Assembly: GCA_045806245.1 (NCBI GenBank)
Contig: JBJMJR010000012.1
Coordinates: forward strand, 3,941-67,940
DNA from: Gaiellaceae bacterium
GTDB taxonomy: Bacteria; Actinomycetota; Thermoleophilia; Gaiellales; Gaiellaceae
Length of the DNA: 64,000 nt
Direction: 5' to 3'
The translations under genes and the position numbers were made by a program. This document shows positions 35,934-44,160 of this stretch, in pieces (within the stretch, counting starts at the first letter, position 1; each line of letters opens with the position of its first letter). The notes under the pieces are model-generated. The model was not told the DNA's origin. It saw only the letters and a list, made by a program, of their open reading frames with translations, and made no database searches.

Positions 35934-36105
35934 ACGAATTCCCCCTCACTCAAGGTGAACGCACCATTGACGACGCGGTTCCAAGCCTGGAAGTCGATCC
36001 TATGCCCAAAGCTAGAGCCAAGACAATCTTGCGCTTCTCGTACCAGCTCACACCTTCGACGTCCTTCCGTCGGAGGACATTCCCGCACGCTGGCGCAGGC
36101 GGGCG

Positions 36106-36657
36106 TCAGTGTGTCAGCGCCAACCAGTCGACGACTGAGCGCGCCGTCTCCGCGAGCGACGCCGTCCCCGTGTCGAGGTTCAAGGCGTCGCGACCGAGCC
36201 AATCTGTTCTGAACTCCGCGTAGTGGGCGGCCAGGAACACCCTGTCTTTCGAGACGCCACGAGAGTCGTCGCTGCGCGCGCGCTTGAGGGCGGTCTCAAA
36301 GTCCACGCTCAAGAGCACAGGCCTCACAGTCGCCTGGGGCGGTAGTTCGCTCTCGAACTCCGCGAGCGCCGCGTCCGTGTCGAAGTCGCCGCCCTCGACG
36401 ACGACTGAGCGGCCCTCGCCCAGGAGCACACTTGCGAGCCGCCCAGTAATCCGGCGCGCTTCCGTCCAGATCCGTTCGTCGGCTTTCGGCCCGCGATCCA
36501 GCATCTCGTAGACCAGGTCCAGGTCGATGACCGCCACCGAGGCGCCGCTCGCTTTTTCCATTTGCGAGGCGACAGCGCGGCTCAGCGTCGACTTACCGCT
36601 CGCAATCGGCCCACTGATGAGTACCACCAGCACTCCCGCCATCCTGACGTCGCCCAT
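36106..36657 (-). CDS. P-loop kinase-like protein (AAA_33 / zeta-toxin-like fold)
   Basis: Walker A 'VLISGPIASGKSTL'. About 180 aa. The start is ambiguous (ATG 36657, 36642 or 36696). Confidence 0.6.
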   Translation of the reverse strand: MGDVRMAGVLVVLISGPIASGKSTLSRAVASQMEKASGASVAVIDLDLVYEMLDRGPKADERIWTEARRITGRLASVLLGEGRSVVVEGGDFDTDAALAEFESELPPQATVRPVLLSVDFETALKRARSDDSRGVSKDRVFLAAHYAEFRTDWLGRDALNLDTGTASLAETARSVVDWLALTH

Positions 36658-36779
36658 CAGACGCCAGCGGAATTCCCGAGCGCGGCCAACCGCCACGTTG
36701 TTGACATGGAAGCTGCCTGGACTATGCGATGAGCTGCCTAGTGCTGAGACGTGGGGAAGCTGCCGTCGGGGCGTGGGGG

Positions 36780-37478
36780 ATGTCCGCGAGGAGATTCGCG
36801 CGGGCTAGAGCAAGCGACAGCGCGCCCGCGAGCAGCAGGAAATTCGGGAGCACGAGGTCAACATCGGCCGCGACGGCGTCCGGCCTGCCTGAGCTGCTTC
36901 AGCCCGCCCGACCGCGGGTCTACGATCAGCTCGTCCCAGGACGCGTCGTTCTTCTTCACGGTACGTCGAGTTCGGGGAAGACGACCGTGGCGCGCGCAGT
37001 TCAAGCACTCTCGGACGAGCCTTGGCTACGCCTCGGGATCGACGTGTTCTGGAGCGCGATCGACGAGCGGTGGATGGAGCACGGTCAGCGCGCCCCGGAG
37101 GGATTCCTCTGGCGAGAGGACGCGCTGATCGTCCCCGGCTCCGTCGGGGAGCGGCTTGCCGCCGGCATGCGTGCTGCGATTGCGGCGTGCGCCCGCTGCG
37201 GCAACGACCTACTCGTGGACGACGTCTTCCTCTCGCCGCAGTGGCTCGACGGGTGGCGCGACCAGCTCGCTGATCTCGAGTCGCTACTCGTCGGGGTGTT
37301 CGCGCCGCTGCCCGTCCTCGAGGAGCGCGAGCGGATCAGAGGTAACCGGATCACGGGTGAGGCGCGGGCTCAGGTCGACGCGATCCATGCCGGCATCGAA
37401 TACGGCGTCACAGTCGACACAGCCTCGCAATCGCCCGAGGAGTGCGCGCGCGTGATCCTTGCGGCGCTCGACCGATAG
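36780..37478 (+). CDS. chloramphenicol-phosphotransferase-like (CPT family) P-loop kinase
   Basis: 'VVLLHGTSSSGKTT.AR..Q....EPWLRLGIDVF' and 'LLVDDVFL', 'GIEYGVTVDT' parallel, from memory, S. venezuelae CPT ('IILNGGSSAGKSGI...EPWLAFGVDSL', 'IIIDDVFL', 'GVEYDVEVDT'). The start is uncertain: no ATG/GTG/TTG lies close to the P-loop. Confidence 0.7.
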   Translation: MSARRFARARASDSAPASSRKFGSTRSTSAATASGLPELLQPARPRVYDQLVPGRVVLLHGTSSSGKTTVARAVQALSDEPWLRLGIDVFWSAIDERWMEHGQRAPEGFLWREDALIVPGSVGERLAAGMRAAIAACARCGNDLLVDDVFLSPQWLDGWRDQLADLESLLVGVFAPLPVLEERERIRGNRITGEARAQVDAIHAGIEYGVTVDTASQSPEECARVILAALDR

Positions 37479-37541
37479 GCGCTTCTCGTCACGGAGTCAG
37501 GTGAAGAAGCGATCTCGCCGCTGACGTCGCCACGCCCGAGC

Positions 37542-37982
37542 TCACTCGTCGAGCGAAACGGGTTGGCCGCGACCGTTGAGCGGCGGACGGCGACACCACA
37601 TCACTGCCCAATAGGTCCGACGGCCGGCGCGCAGCAATGCGTTGCGCCGATGGTTTCCATCGACGAGACGCAACGTGTGCATGTGCACGAGTAATGGCGG
37701 CGCGTCCCAACCGTCTTCGAGCGACCGCACCATTGCGTCGACCTTTTGCTCGTACTCGGCGGGCGCGACCGGCCAGTCGAAGTCTTCGTCAGGGCCCGAG
37801 ATGGGGTAGACGTCGGCGAGGGATACGTCTGCCAGGATGTAGACGTCATCCTCGCGCTCGCGAAGGGGGTTCGCGACGCCGGTGTTTCCGCCTTCGCCGC
37901 GCAGGAACGCCTGCGACCACTCAGCCAACTCGCCTGCCGCATGCGCCTCGCGCGCCGACGACGAGGTCGGAGCGAAGTTCAC
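37542..37982 (-). CDS. stand-alone ParB/sulfiredoxin-fold (ParB-like nuclease domain) protein
   Basis: 146 aa. 'DAPPLLVHMHTLRLVDGNHRRNALLRAG' fits the ParBc core (P-[IL]-x-V ... [LI]-[VI]-D-G-x-H-R). GTG start 6 nt after the upstream stop. Confidence 0.55.
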   Translation of the reverse strand: MNFAPTSSSAREAHAAGELAEWSQAFLRGEGGNTGVANPLREREDDVYILADVSLADVYPISGPDEDFDWPVAPAEYEQKVDAMVRSLEDGWDAPPLLVHMHTLRLVDGNHRRNALLRAGRRTYWAVMWCRRPPLNGRGQPVSLDE

Positions 37983-37988
37983 GTACGG

Positions 37989-38201
37989 TTAGCGGCCCAG
38001 CGCGCGCCGTTCGATCTCGAGCCCGAGCGCCCGCTGATCCGCCAGCAGCCGTTTCAGCTGGAGACGGATCGCGCTGATCTGATCCGCGAACGCCTGTGTC
38101 TCGCCGACCGTGATGTCTCCCGCACTCATGTAGATCAACGAGTGCTTGAGACTCTCGAGATCTCGATGGATCTCGTCGAACTCTCGTGGCGCCGGTTCCA
38201 T
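37989..38201 (-). CDS. 70-aa helical protein, unknown function (upstream partner of the ParB-like gene)
   Basis: This is the in-frame tail of track ORF 37989..38510. ATG 38201 is the first start not overlapping the PQQ-dehydrogenase gene. Heptad-like 'QISAIRLQLKRLLADQRALGLEIE'. Confidence 0.4.
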   Translation of the reverse strand: MEPAPREFDEIHRDLESLKHSLIYMSAGDITVGETQAFADQISAIRLQLKRLLADQRALGLEIERRALGR

Positions 38202-38248
38202 ACCCCGCGGCCTACCCATTTCTGCGGGGCCGAACCGCGCTCCGCTTC

Positions 38249-39376
38249 CTAGCGCACGAGCCGGTAGATCCAGCCGTCGAGCGCCACCGCGTAGAGCTCG
38301 CCCCGCGAGTCCTCGCCGAAGGAGCTGAGCTGTGCGACCGTCCCGGGAAGGTGCACGACCGACGTCACGTGGCCCTTCGCGTTTCGCTTCAGTGACCAGA
38401 CGTTCCCGTTGCACAGATCGCCGAAGAAATACCGCCCTCGTGCGCTGGGCACCCGCGTGCCGCGGTAGACGTACCCGCCGATGATCCCGCACTTCTGGTT
38501 GACGCCCCACTTGTACTGGTAGAGCGGGCTGACGAGCGTGCCGCCGGAAAGCTGCGTCGACGGGTTGTACACCGTCCGGCCTTCGAACCGGCTCCAGCCG
38601 AAGTTGGCGAGGACGTCGAGCCGGTTCTGCGGGATGAAGTCGACCTCCTCGAACAGGTGCGTGCCGACATCGGCAAGCCAGAGATCACCCGTGTTGCGGT
38701 CGAAGGAGTAGCGCCACGGGTTGCGCAGGCCGAGCGCCGCGATCTGCCACGACGCCCCGGGCAGCGCCGGGTCGATCCGCAGCAGCTTGCCGAGCATGAC
38801 GTTCATGTTCTGCGCGCGGTTCGCCTCGTCGGCGTATTGGATCGCGTTCGGATCGGTGCCGCCGTCGCCCATCCCGACGTACAGCCGGCCGCGGCGGTCG
38901 AAAGCGAGCATTCCGCCTTTGTGGTTCGGGAACGGCTGCTTGACGAAGAGGAGCTGCCGCTCGCTCGCCGGCACGCCGACGCCGTCCTGCGACGTGAACT
39001 GCGAGACATGCGTGTCGCCGTTGCGGTCGGTGTAGTCGACGTAGAACGTGTGGTCGTCCGCGTAATGCGGACTGAAGGCGAACCCGAGCAGCCCGTGCTC
39101 ACCCTCGTCGAGCACCTCGGAGCGGATGTCGAGAAAGCGGCCGGCAGGCTTGCCGCCGCGCGCGATCTCGATTGTTCCGCGCTGCTCGACGATGTAGAGC
39201 GTCGCAGGGTCGTCCGGGGCGGAGGTGACGTAGACGGCCTCGGGGAAGCCCCTGCCGATGTTCGCGAAGTGGTACTTCGGTCGCGTCGCCCCGTGACCTG
39301 CGGACGCAAAGAGCACGGCGCCGAGGAGTGCCAGGACGACGATCGACCGGAACGGCATGGTCGCAAGTATAGCCAT
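38249..39376 (-). CDS. secreted PQQ-dependent sugar (glucose/sorbosone) dehydrogenase
   Basis: Signal peptide, 'HKGGMLAFDRRGRLYVGMGDGG', 'GLRNPWRYSFD', and 6-bladed-propeller length. Confidence 0.8.
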   Translation of the reverse strand: MAILATMPFRSIVVLALLGAVLFASAGHGATRPKYHFANIGRGFPEAVYVTSAPDDPATLYIVEQRGTIEIARGGKPAGRFLDIRSEVLDEGEHGLLGFAFSPHYADDHTFYVDYTDRNGDTHVSQFTSQDGVGVPASERQLLFVKQPFPNHKGGMLAFDRRGRLYVGMGDGGTDPNAIQYADEANRAQNMNVMLGKLLRIDPALPGASWQIAALGLRNPWRYSFDRNTGDLWLADVGTHLFEEVDFIPQNRLDVLANFGWSRFEGRTVYNPSTQLSGGTLVSPLYQYKWGVNQKCGIIGGYVYRGTRVPSARGRYFFGDLCNGNVWSLKRNAKGHVTSVVHLPGTVAQLSSFGEDSRGELYAVALDGWIYRLVR

Positions 39377-39430
39377 TTGGCGGTAATTCGATTAGGGCCG
39401 CCTGGCGGTAGCGGGCTCTATGATCGAGAC

Positions 39431-39952
39431 GTGGAACGCGACTCCGGCGTTCGCGCGCTCCTGGCGCTCTTCTCCGACTTTCACCTCTTCGATCTTCTGG
39501 TTCGCCAGGAGATGGAGGTGCGGGGCCTCCAGGCGTATTCCCTCGGGCTGCTCTACTTCATCGACGCGGCGGGAGAGGTAACGCCCACCGATCTCGCGAT
39601 CGAGACCGGGCTGCCGCCGACGACGCTGCGGCGCCGGCTCGAGGAGCTCGAACGGAGCGGGCAGATCAAACGCCGTCCGAACCCGGCCGACAAACGCTCG
39701 GTGACGGTCTCTCTGACGACGAAGGGGAAGCGCGCGAAGGCTCGCGGCAAACCGGCCTTCGACGGCGCCGTCAAAGCGCTCGAGCAACGGCTCGGCTGGA
39801 AGCTCGGCGAGCTCGCGCCGCGGCTCGACGACCTCAAGCTGGCGTTGCAGCAGGCGCTTGGCTACGACGCCGGGCTGTCGCCGGACGATCGCCGCCGGTT
39901 CTGGGTCGACGAGGCGCCCCCACGCGCGAGGCGCACGCGAGCCAAGGGGTGA
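39431..39952 (+). CDS. MarR-family transcriptional regulator
   Basis: Start re-called to GTG 39431; the track ORF began at 38657, antisense to the dehydrogenase. wHTH 'TPTDLAIETGLPPTTLRRRLEELERSGQIKRRPNPADKRSVTVSLT'. Confidence 0.75.
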   Translation: MERDSGVRALLALFSDFHLFDLLVRQEMEVRGLQAYSLGLLYFIDAAGEVTPTDLAIETGLPPTTLRRRLEELERSGQIKRRPNPADKRSVTVSLTTKGKRAKARGKPAFDGAVKALEQRLGWKLGELAPRLDDLKLALQQALGYDAGLSPDDRRRFWVDEAPPRARRTRAKG

Positions 39953-40017
39953 AGCTTTGTTGCTGCGACGTTAAGCGGCGGTCTGCCGGTCTCCGCGGCG
40001 GTTAAGGTGACGCGAGC

Positions 40018-40956
40018 GTGATCGAAGCACGCAACCTCTCGAAGAATTACGGCGACAAGCGCGCAGTCGACGACCTCTCGTTCACCGTCAGGCCCGGGGT
40101 CGTCACGGGATTTCTCGGCCCGAACGGATCAGGGAAGTCGACCACAATCCGGTTGATCCTCGGCCTCGACGCTCCGACGGCCGGCGAGGCGAAGGTCAAC
40201 GGCAAGCGCTACCGCGACCATGCTGCGCCGCTGCACGAGGTCGGGGCGCTGCTCGAGGCGCGCTCCGTGCATTCGGGACGTTCTGCCTACAACCATCTGC
40301 TTGCGCTTGCGCAGACGCACGGCATCCCGCGGCGCCGCGTCGACGAGTTGATCGACCTCGTCGGCTTGCACGACGTCGCACGCAAACGGGCCGGCCAGTT
40401 CTCGCTCGGCATGGGCCAGCGGCTCGGGATTGCGAGCGCGCTGCTCGGCGATCCAGCGACGCTGATCCTCGACGAGCCGGTGAACGGCCTCGATCCCGAA
40501 GGCATCCACTGGATCCGCAACCTGCTCCGCGGGCTCGCCGCGGAAGGGCGGACCGTGTTCGTGTCGTCACACCTCATGAGCGAGATGTCGCTCACCGCGG
40601 ATCACCTGATCGTGATCGGCCGCGGACGCTTGATCACGGACATCAGCGTCGACGAGTTCCTGCGCCAGGCCTCCGGCAAGGTCGTCCTCGTCCGGTCGCC
40701 GCGAGCCGAGGAGCTGCGCGAGCTGCTTGCGGCTCCGGATGTGAGCATCACGCCGACTGACGAGCGCGGGCTGCTCGAGGTCACCGGGCTGACCGCCGCT
40801 CAGGTCGGCGAGGCTGCCGCTGCGGCAGGCATCCCGCTGCACGAGCTCGTTCCGCAGCAGGCGTCCCTCGAGGAGGCCTTCATGACGCTCACGCGCGAGG
40901 ACATCGAATACCGCGCACTCTCGCCGGTCACAGAAGGCGACGAGGTCGCAGCGTGA
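40018..40956 (+). CDS. ABC transporter ATP-binding protein (ABC-2 exporter type)
   Basis: Walker A 'GPNGSGKST', signature 'FSLGMGQRL', Walker B 'LILDEP'. Confidence 0.9.
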   Translation: MIEARNLSKNYGDKRAVDDLSFTVRPGVVTGFLGPNGSGKSTTIRLILGLDAPTAGEAKVNGKRYRDHAAPLHEVGALLEARSVHSGRSAYNHLLALAQTHGIPRRRVDELIDLVGLHDVARKRAGQFSLGMGQRLGIASALLGDPATLILDEPVNGLDPEGIHWIRNLLRGLAAEGRTVFVSSHLMSEMSLTADHLIVIGRGRLITDISVDEFLRQASGKVVLVRSPRAEELRELLAAPDVSITPTDERGLLEVTGLTAAQVGEAAAAAGIPLHELVPQQASLEEAFMTLTREDIEYRALSPVTEGDEVAA

Positions 40957-41774
40957 GCAGCGCAGGCGCCACTGCCGTCCCGAACCTGCCGCACACCGGG
41001 AAGGTCACGCAGACGCGCGTCTTTCTGTCGGAGTGGACGAAGCTGCGCTCGGTCCGCTCGACGCTGTGGTCGCTGTTCATCGCCGTCGCCTTCACGATCG
41101 GCATCGCCGCGCTCGCGTGCGCGGTCGTGTCCCACCACTGGCCGAGCGTGAGCGCATCCGACCGCGCCGACTTCAACCCGCTCGACCCGAACCTCGCGGG
41201 CGTGCAGCTCGCGCAGCTCGCTCTCGGCGTGCTCGGCGTGCTCGTGATCACGGCGGAGTACTCGACCGGGATGATTCGCGCGTCGATGACGGCGGTCCCC
41301 AAGCGCCTGCCCGTGCTCTGGGGCAAGGCCGTCGTCTACGGCCTCGTCACGCTTGCGTTGATGGTGCCGTCGACGCTGATCGCGTTCGTCGTCGGCGAGT
41401 CGATCTTCTCCGGGCGGCACATCAACGTCTCGTTCTCGGATCCGGGCGTTGCGCGGGCGGTGATCGGCGCCGCGCTCTACCTCACGGCCGTCGGCCTGTT
41501 CGGGCTCGGTCTCGGCGCGATCGTCCGCAACACCGCCGGCGGGATCGCGACCTTCGCCGGGCTGATGTTCGTCCTGCCCCCGCTGATGAACGTCCTGCCG
41601 CTGAGCTGGAACAACGCTGCGTCGCCGTACCTGCCGCTGCAGGCAGGCGAGGCGATCATGTCGACGACGCCCGGCCACCACCTCTCGCCGTGGGCCGGGC
41701 TCGGCTTCTTGTGCCTCTACGCTGCGGCCGCGCTCGCGATCGCGTCAGTCCTGCTCGTCAAGAGGGACACCTAG
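40953..41774 (+). CDS. ABC-2 family transporter permease
   Basis: GTGA overlap with the ATPase stop. Six hydrophobic segments and the 'ITAEYSTGMIR' motif typical of ABC-2 permeases. Confidence 0.8.
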   Translation: MSSAGATAVPNLPHTGKVTQTRVFLSEWTKLRSVRSTLWSLFIAVAFTIGIAALACAVVSHHWPSVSASDRADFNPLDPNLAGVQLAQLALGVLGVLVITAEYSTGMIRASMTAVPKRLPVLWGKAVVYGLVTLALMVPSTLIAFVVGESIFSGRHINVSFSDPGVARAVIGAALYLTAVGLFGLGLGAIVRNTAGGIATFAGLMFVLPPLMNVLPLSWNNAASPYLPLQAGEAIMSTTPGHHLSPWAGLGFLCLYAAAALAIASVLLVKRDT

Positions 41775-41782
41775 CCGCGCGT

Positions 41783-43831
41783 GTGAGCCGCGTCGCGCTC
41801 GTCCTACTCGTCGCGCTCGCCGCACTCGGCGCGTTCTTCGTGTACCGCCACTCCTCCGCCGGGGGTCAGCCCGCGGCGACGACCAAAACTCGCGCGGTCG
41901 CCCGGCGGCATCGGATCGCTCGGCAGGCGCGCGTGCATCTCGTTGAGCGCTCGACCGGCCGCCTGCCGGCGCCCGTCCAAGATGCTGCTGTCGCCGCCGG
42001 GCCGAATCACACGATGCTGCTGATCGGTGGATTGACCCCGGCCGACACGTCGACGAGCGGAATCGTGCTCGCGGGCGCGCACGGCGCGCGCCTGCGCGGT
42101 GCGCTGCCGACCGCGCTGCACGATGCCGCGGCGGCGCAGCTCGGCGCCGCGGCATACCTCTTCGGCGGCGGCGACGGTTCCCGGCAGCTCGACGCGATCC
42201 TTCGAGTCGACGACGTGACCGGCACGACCGCGCCCGCAGGCAGCCTGCCGAGCCCGAGCTCCGACCAGGCCGCGGCGGAGGTCGGCGGGACGGCGTACAT
42301 CGTCGGCGGCTACACCGGCAGCCGCTGGCTCGACACGATCGTCGCGTGGCGGCCCGGCGCGGCCGCGCGTGTCGTCGCGCACTTGCCGACGCCGGTGCGC
42401 TACGCGGCCGTGACCGCGGTGGGCGGCCGGCTGCTGATCGCCGGCGGGTCGCTCCCGAACGGCAACGCGAGCGCAGCGCTGCTCGAGTACGACCCCGCGA
42501 CGCACCGGGTTACCCGCGTCGGCAGCCTGCCGGCCCCGACGACGCACGCGGCCGCCGCAGCCGTCGGTGACGTTGCCTACGTGCTGGGCGGTCGCGGCGC
42601 CGGCGTCGAGACAAGGACGGCACGCGTGGTTGCGGTCGACATGCGTTCGAAGCGGATCTGGGGCGCCGGGCGACTTGGAGAACCGCGGTCGGATCTTGCG
42701 GCGGCGACGCTCGCCGGTCGCATCGTCCTCGCGGGCGGCCGCAGCTCGACCGGCACCGAGCCGGCGATCAGCGAGCTCGTGCCGCAGGCGAAGCATCGGG
42801 TTGCGGCCACACAGGTCCCGGCGACTCCGGCCGGCAACGTCTATGCGTACGACGGCAAGAACATGCTGGCGCCGGCAGCGCGCGCGGCACTATCGCGTGT
42901 CTACGTTCCGAACAGCCAGAGCGGGACGGTCGACGTCATCGACCCGCAGACGCTCAAAGTCGTCGACCATTTCGCCGTCGGCGCGCTGCCGCAGCACGTC
43001 ACTCCCGCGTACGACCTGAAGCTGCTCTACGTCACGAATGACGTCGGCAACAGCCTGACGCCGATCGATCCGCTGACCGGGAAGCCGGGGGCAGCGATCC
43101 CGGTCGACGACCCGTACAACATGTACTTCACGGCCGACGGCCGCTACGCGATCGTCGTTGCGGAGCGCTTGCACCGCCTCGACTTCCGCGACGCGCACAC
43201 CTTCCAGCTGCATCATTCGCTCGCCATCCCTTGCGTCGGCGTCGACCACATGGACTTCTCCGTCGACGGCACGTATGCGATCGCGAGCTGCGAGTTCTCC
43301 GGAGAGATGGTGAAGATCGACGTGCGGCGCGAGCGGGTCGTCGGCGTGCTCGACCTGCCCGACGGCCGCGGCGGCATGCCGCAAGACGTCAAGCTCTCGC
43401 CCGACGGCAAGATCTTCTACGTGGCCGATCTCCACGCCGGCGGGCTCTGGGAGATCAACGGCGCGCGGCTGAAGGTCGTCGGGTTCCTGCGTACCGGTGC
43501 CGGCGTGCACGGGCTCTATCCGAGCCGGGACGCCCGCTTTCTGTACGCGACGAACCGCGGGGAGGGATCGATCTCGGTGATCAGCTTCCGGACCCGCAAG
43601 CAGGTGCGCAAATGGTGGATCCCCGGCGGCGGGAGCCCCGACATGGGCGGCGTGTCTTCCGACGGCAACGTCCTCTGGCTGACGGGACGCTACAGCGGCG
43701 TCGTCTACGCGATCTCGACTCATACCGGGCATCTGCTGGCGAAGATCCCGGTGGGTAGCGGGCCGCACGGGCTCTGCGTCTGGCCGCAACCCGGGCGGTA
43801 CTCGCTCGGGCATACCGGCATCCTGCGGTAG
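41783..43831 (+). CDS. membrane-anchored double beta-propeller protein (Kelch-repeat + YVTN/YncE-like)
   Basis: Start re-called to GTG 41783; the track ORF began at 41033, inside the permease gene. TM anchor, about 6 Kelch-like blades ('YLFGGGDG','YIVGGYTG','LLIAGGS','YVLGGRG','IVLAGGR'), then YVTN-like repeats ('LYVTNDVGNSLTPID','FYVADLHAGGLWEI','LYATNRGEGSISVI'). Confidence 0.7.
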   Translation: MSRVALVLLVALAALGAFFVYRHSSAGGQPAATTKTRAVARRHRIARQARVHLVERSTGRLPAPVQDAAVAAGPNHTMLLIGGLTPADTSTSGIVLAGAHGARLRGALPTALHDAAAAQLGAAAYLFGGGDGSRQLDAILRVDDVTGTTAPAGSLPSPSSDQAAAEVGGTAYIVGGYTGSRWLDTIVAWRPGAAARVVAHLPTPVRYAAVTAVGGRLLIAGGSLPNGNASAALLEYDPATHRVTRVGSLPAPTTHAAAAAVGDVAYVLGGRGAGVETRTARVVAVDMRSKRIWGAGRLGEPRSDLAAATLAGRIVLAGGRSSTGTEPAISELVPQAKHRVAATQVPATPAGNVYAYDGKNMLAPAARAALSRVYVPNSQSGTVDVIDPQTLKVVDHFAVGALPQHVTPAYDLKLLYVTNDVGNSLTPIDPLTGKPGAAIPVDDPYNMYFTADGRYAIVVAERLHRLDFRDAHTFQLHHSLAIPCVGVDHMDFSVDGTYAIASCEFSGEMVKIDVRRERVVGVLDLPDGRGGMPQDVKLSPDGKIFYVADLHAGGLWEINGARLKVVGFLRTGAGVHGLYPSRDARFLYATNRGEGSISVISFRTRKQVRKWWIPGGGSPDMGGVSSDGNVLWLTGRYSGVVYAISTHTGHLLAKIPVGSGPHGLCVWPQPGRYSLGHTGILR

Positions 43832-43833
43832 CC

Positions 43834-44160
43834 ATGGCAACCGAGCTCGTCCTCTCTGCGTACCGTCCGCGTGCAGGCACGTTCGAGGAGGTGGTTGAGT
43901 TCTTCACGGAGGAGCTCGCGACCCTGCGCCGCCGCGGCCACGTCACGGATCGCCGCGCGCCGGTCGCGCGCACCGAGCAGGGCGAGCTGTTGATCGTCCT
44001 CGAGTGGTCGAGCGACCATGCCGTCGGCGACGCGCACGAGGATCCCGAGGTGCTCGCGCTCTGGGCGCGCAAGGAGCAGCTCGTCGAGTACATCCCGCCG
44101 AGCGAGCTCGCGGGCGCCGGTGTGCCGTTTGCGCGCTGGACCGTCGTCGCAGACGTCTAG
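43834..44160 (+). CDS. small ABM/Dabb-fold-like protein (hypothetical)
   Basis: 108 aa, starting 2 nt after the propeller gene stop. The alpha+beta pattern is compatible with an antibiotic-biosynthesis-monooxygenase-like fold, but no catalytic motif was recognised. Confidence 0.4.
   Translation: MATELVLSAYRPRAGTFEEVVEFFTEELATLRRRGHVTDRRAPVARTEQGELLIVLEWSSDHAVGDAHEDPEVLALWARKEQLVEYIPPSELAGAGVPFARWTVVADV

Noticed and set aside
33891-38248. Classical integrative island or prophage at tRNA-fMet
   Set aside because: There are no integrase, recombinase, transposase or phage genes, and I could not find a direct repeat of the tRNA 3' end by eye. It is kept only as a compositionally atypical accessory stretch.
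38657-39430. 5' part of the 431-aa ORF ending in the MarR gene
   Set aside because: It is antisense to the well-supported PQQ-dependent dehydrogenase. MarR homology starts only after GTG 39431.
41033-41782. 5' part of the 932-aa ORF ending in the double-propeller gene
   Set aside because: It overlaps the ABC-2 permease in another frame and encodes Arg/Ala-rich sequence. The TM anchor and repeats begin at GTG 41783.
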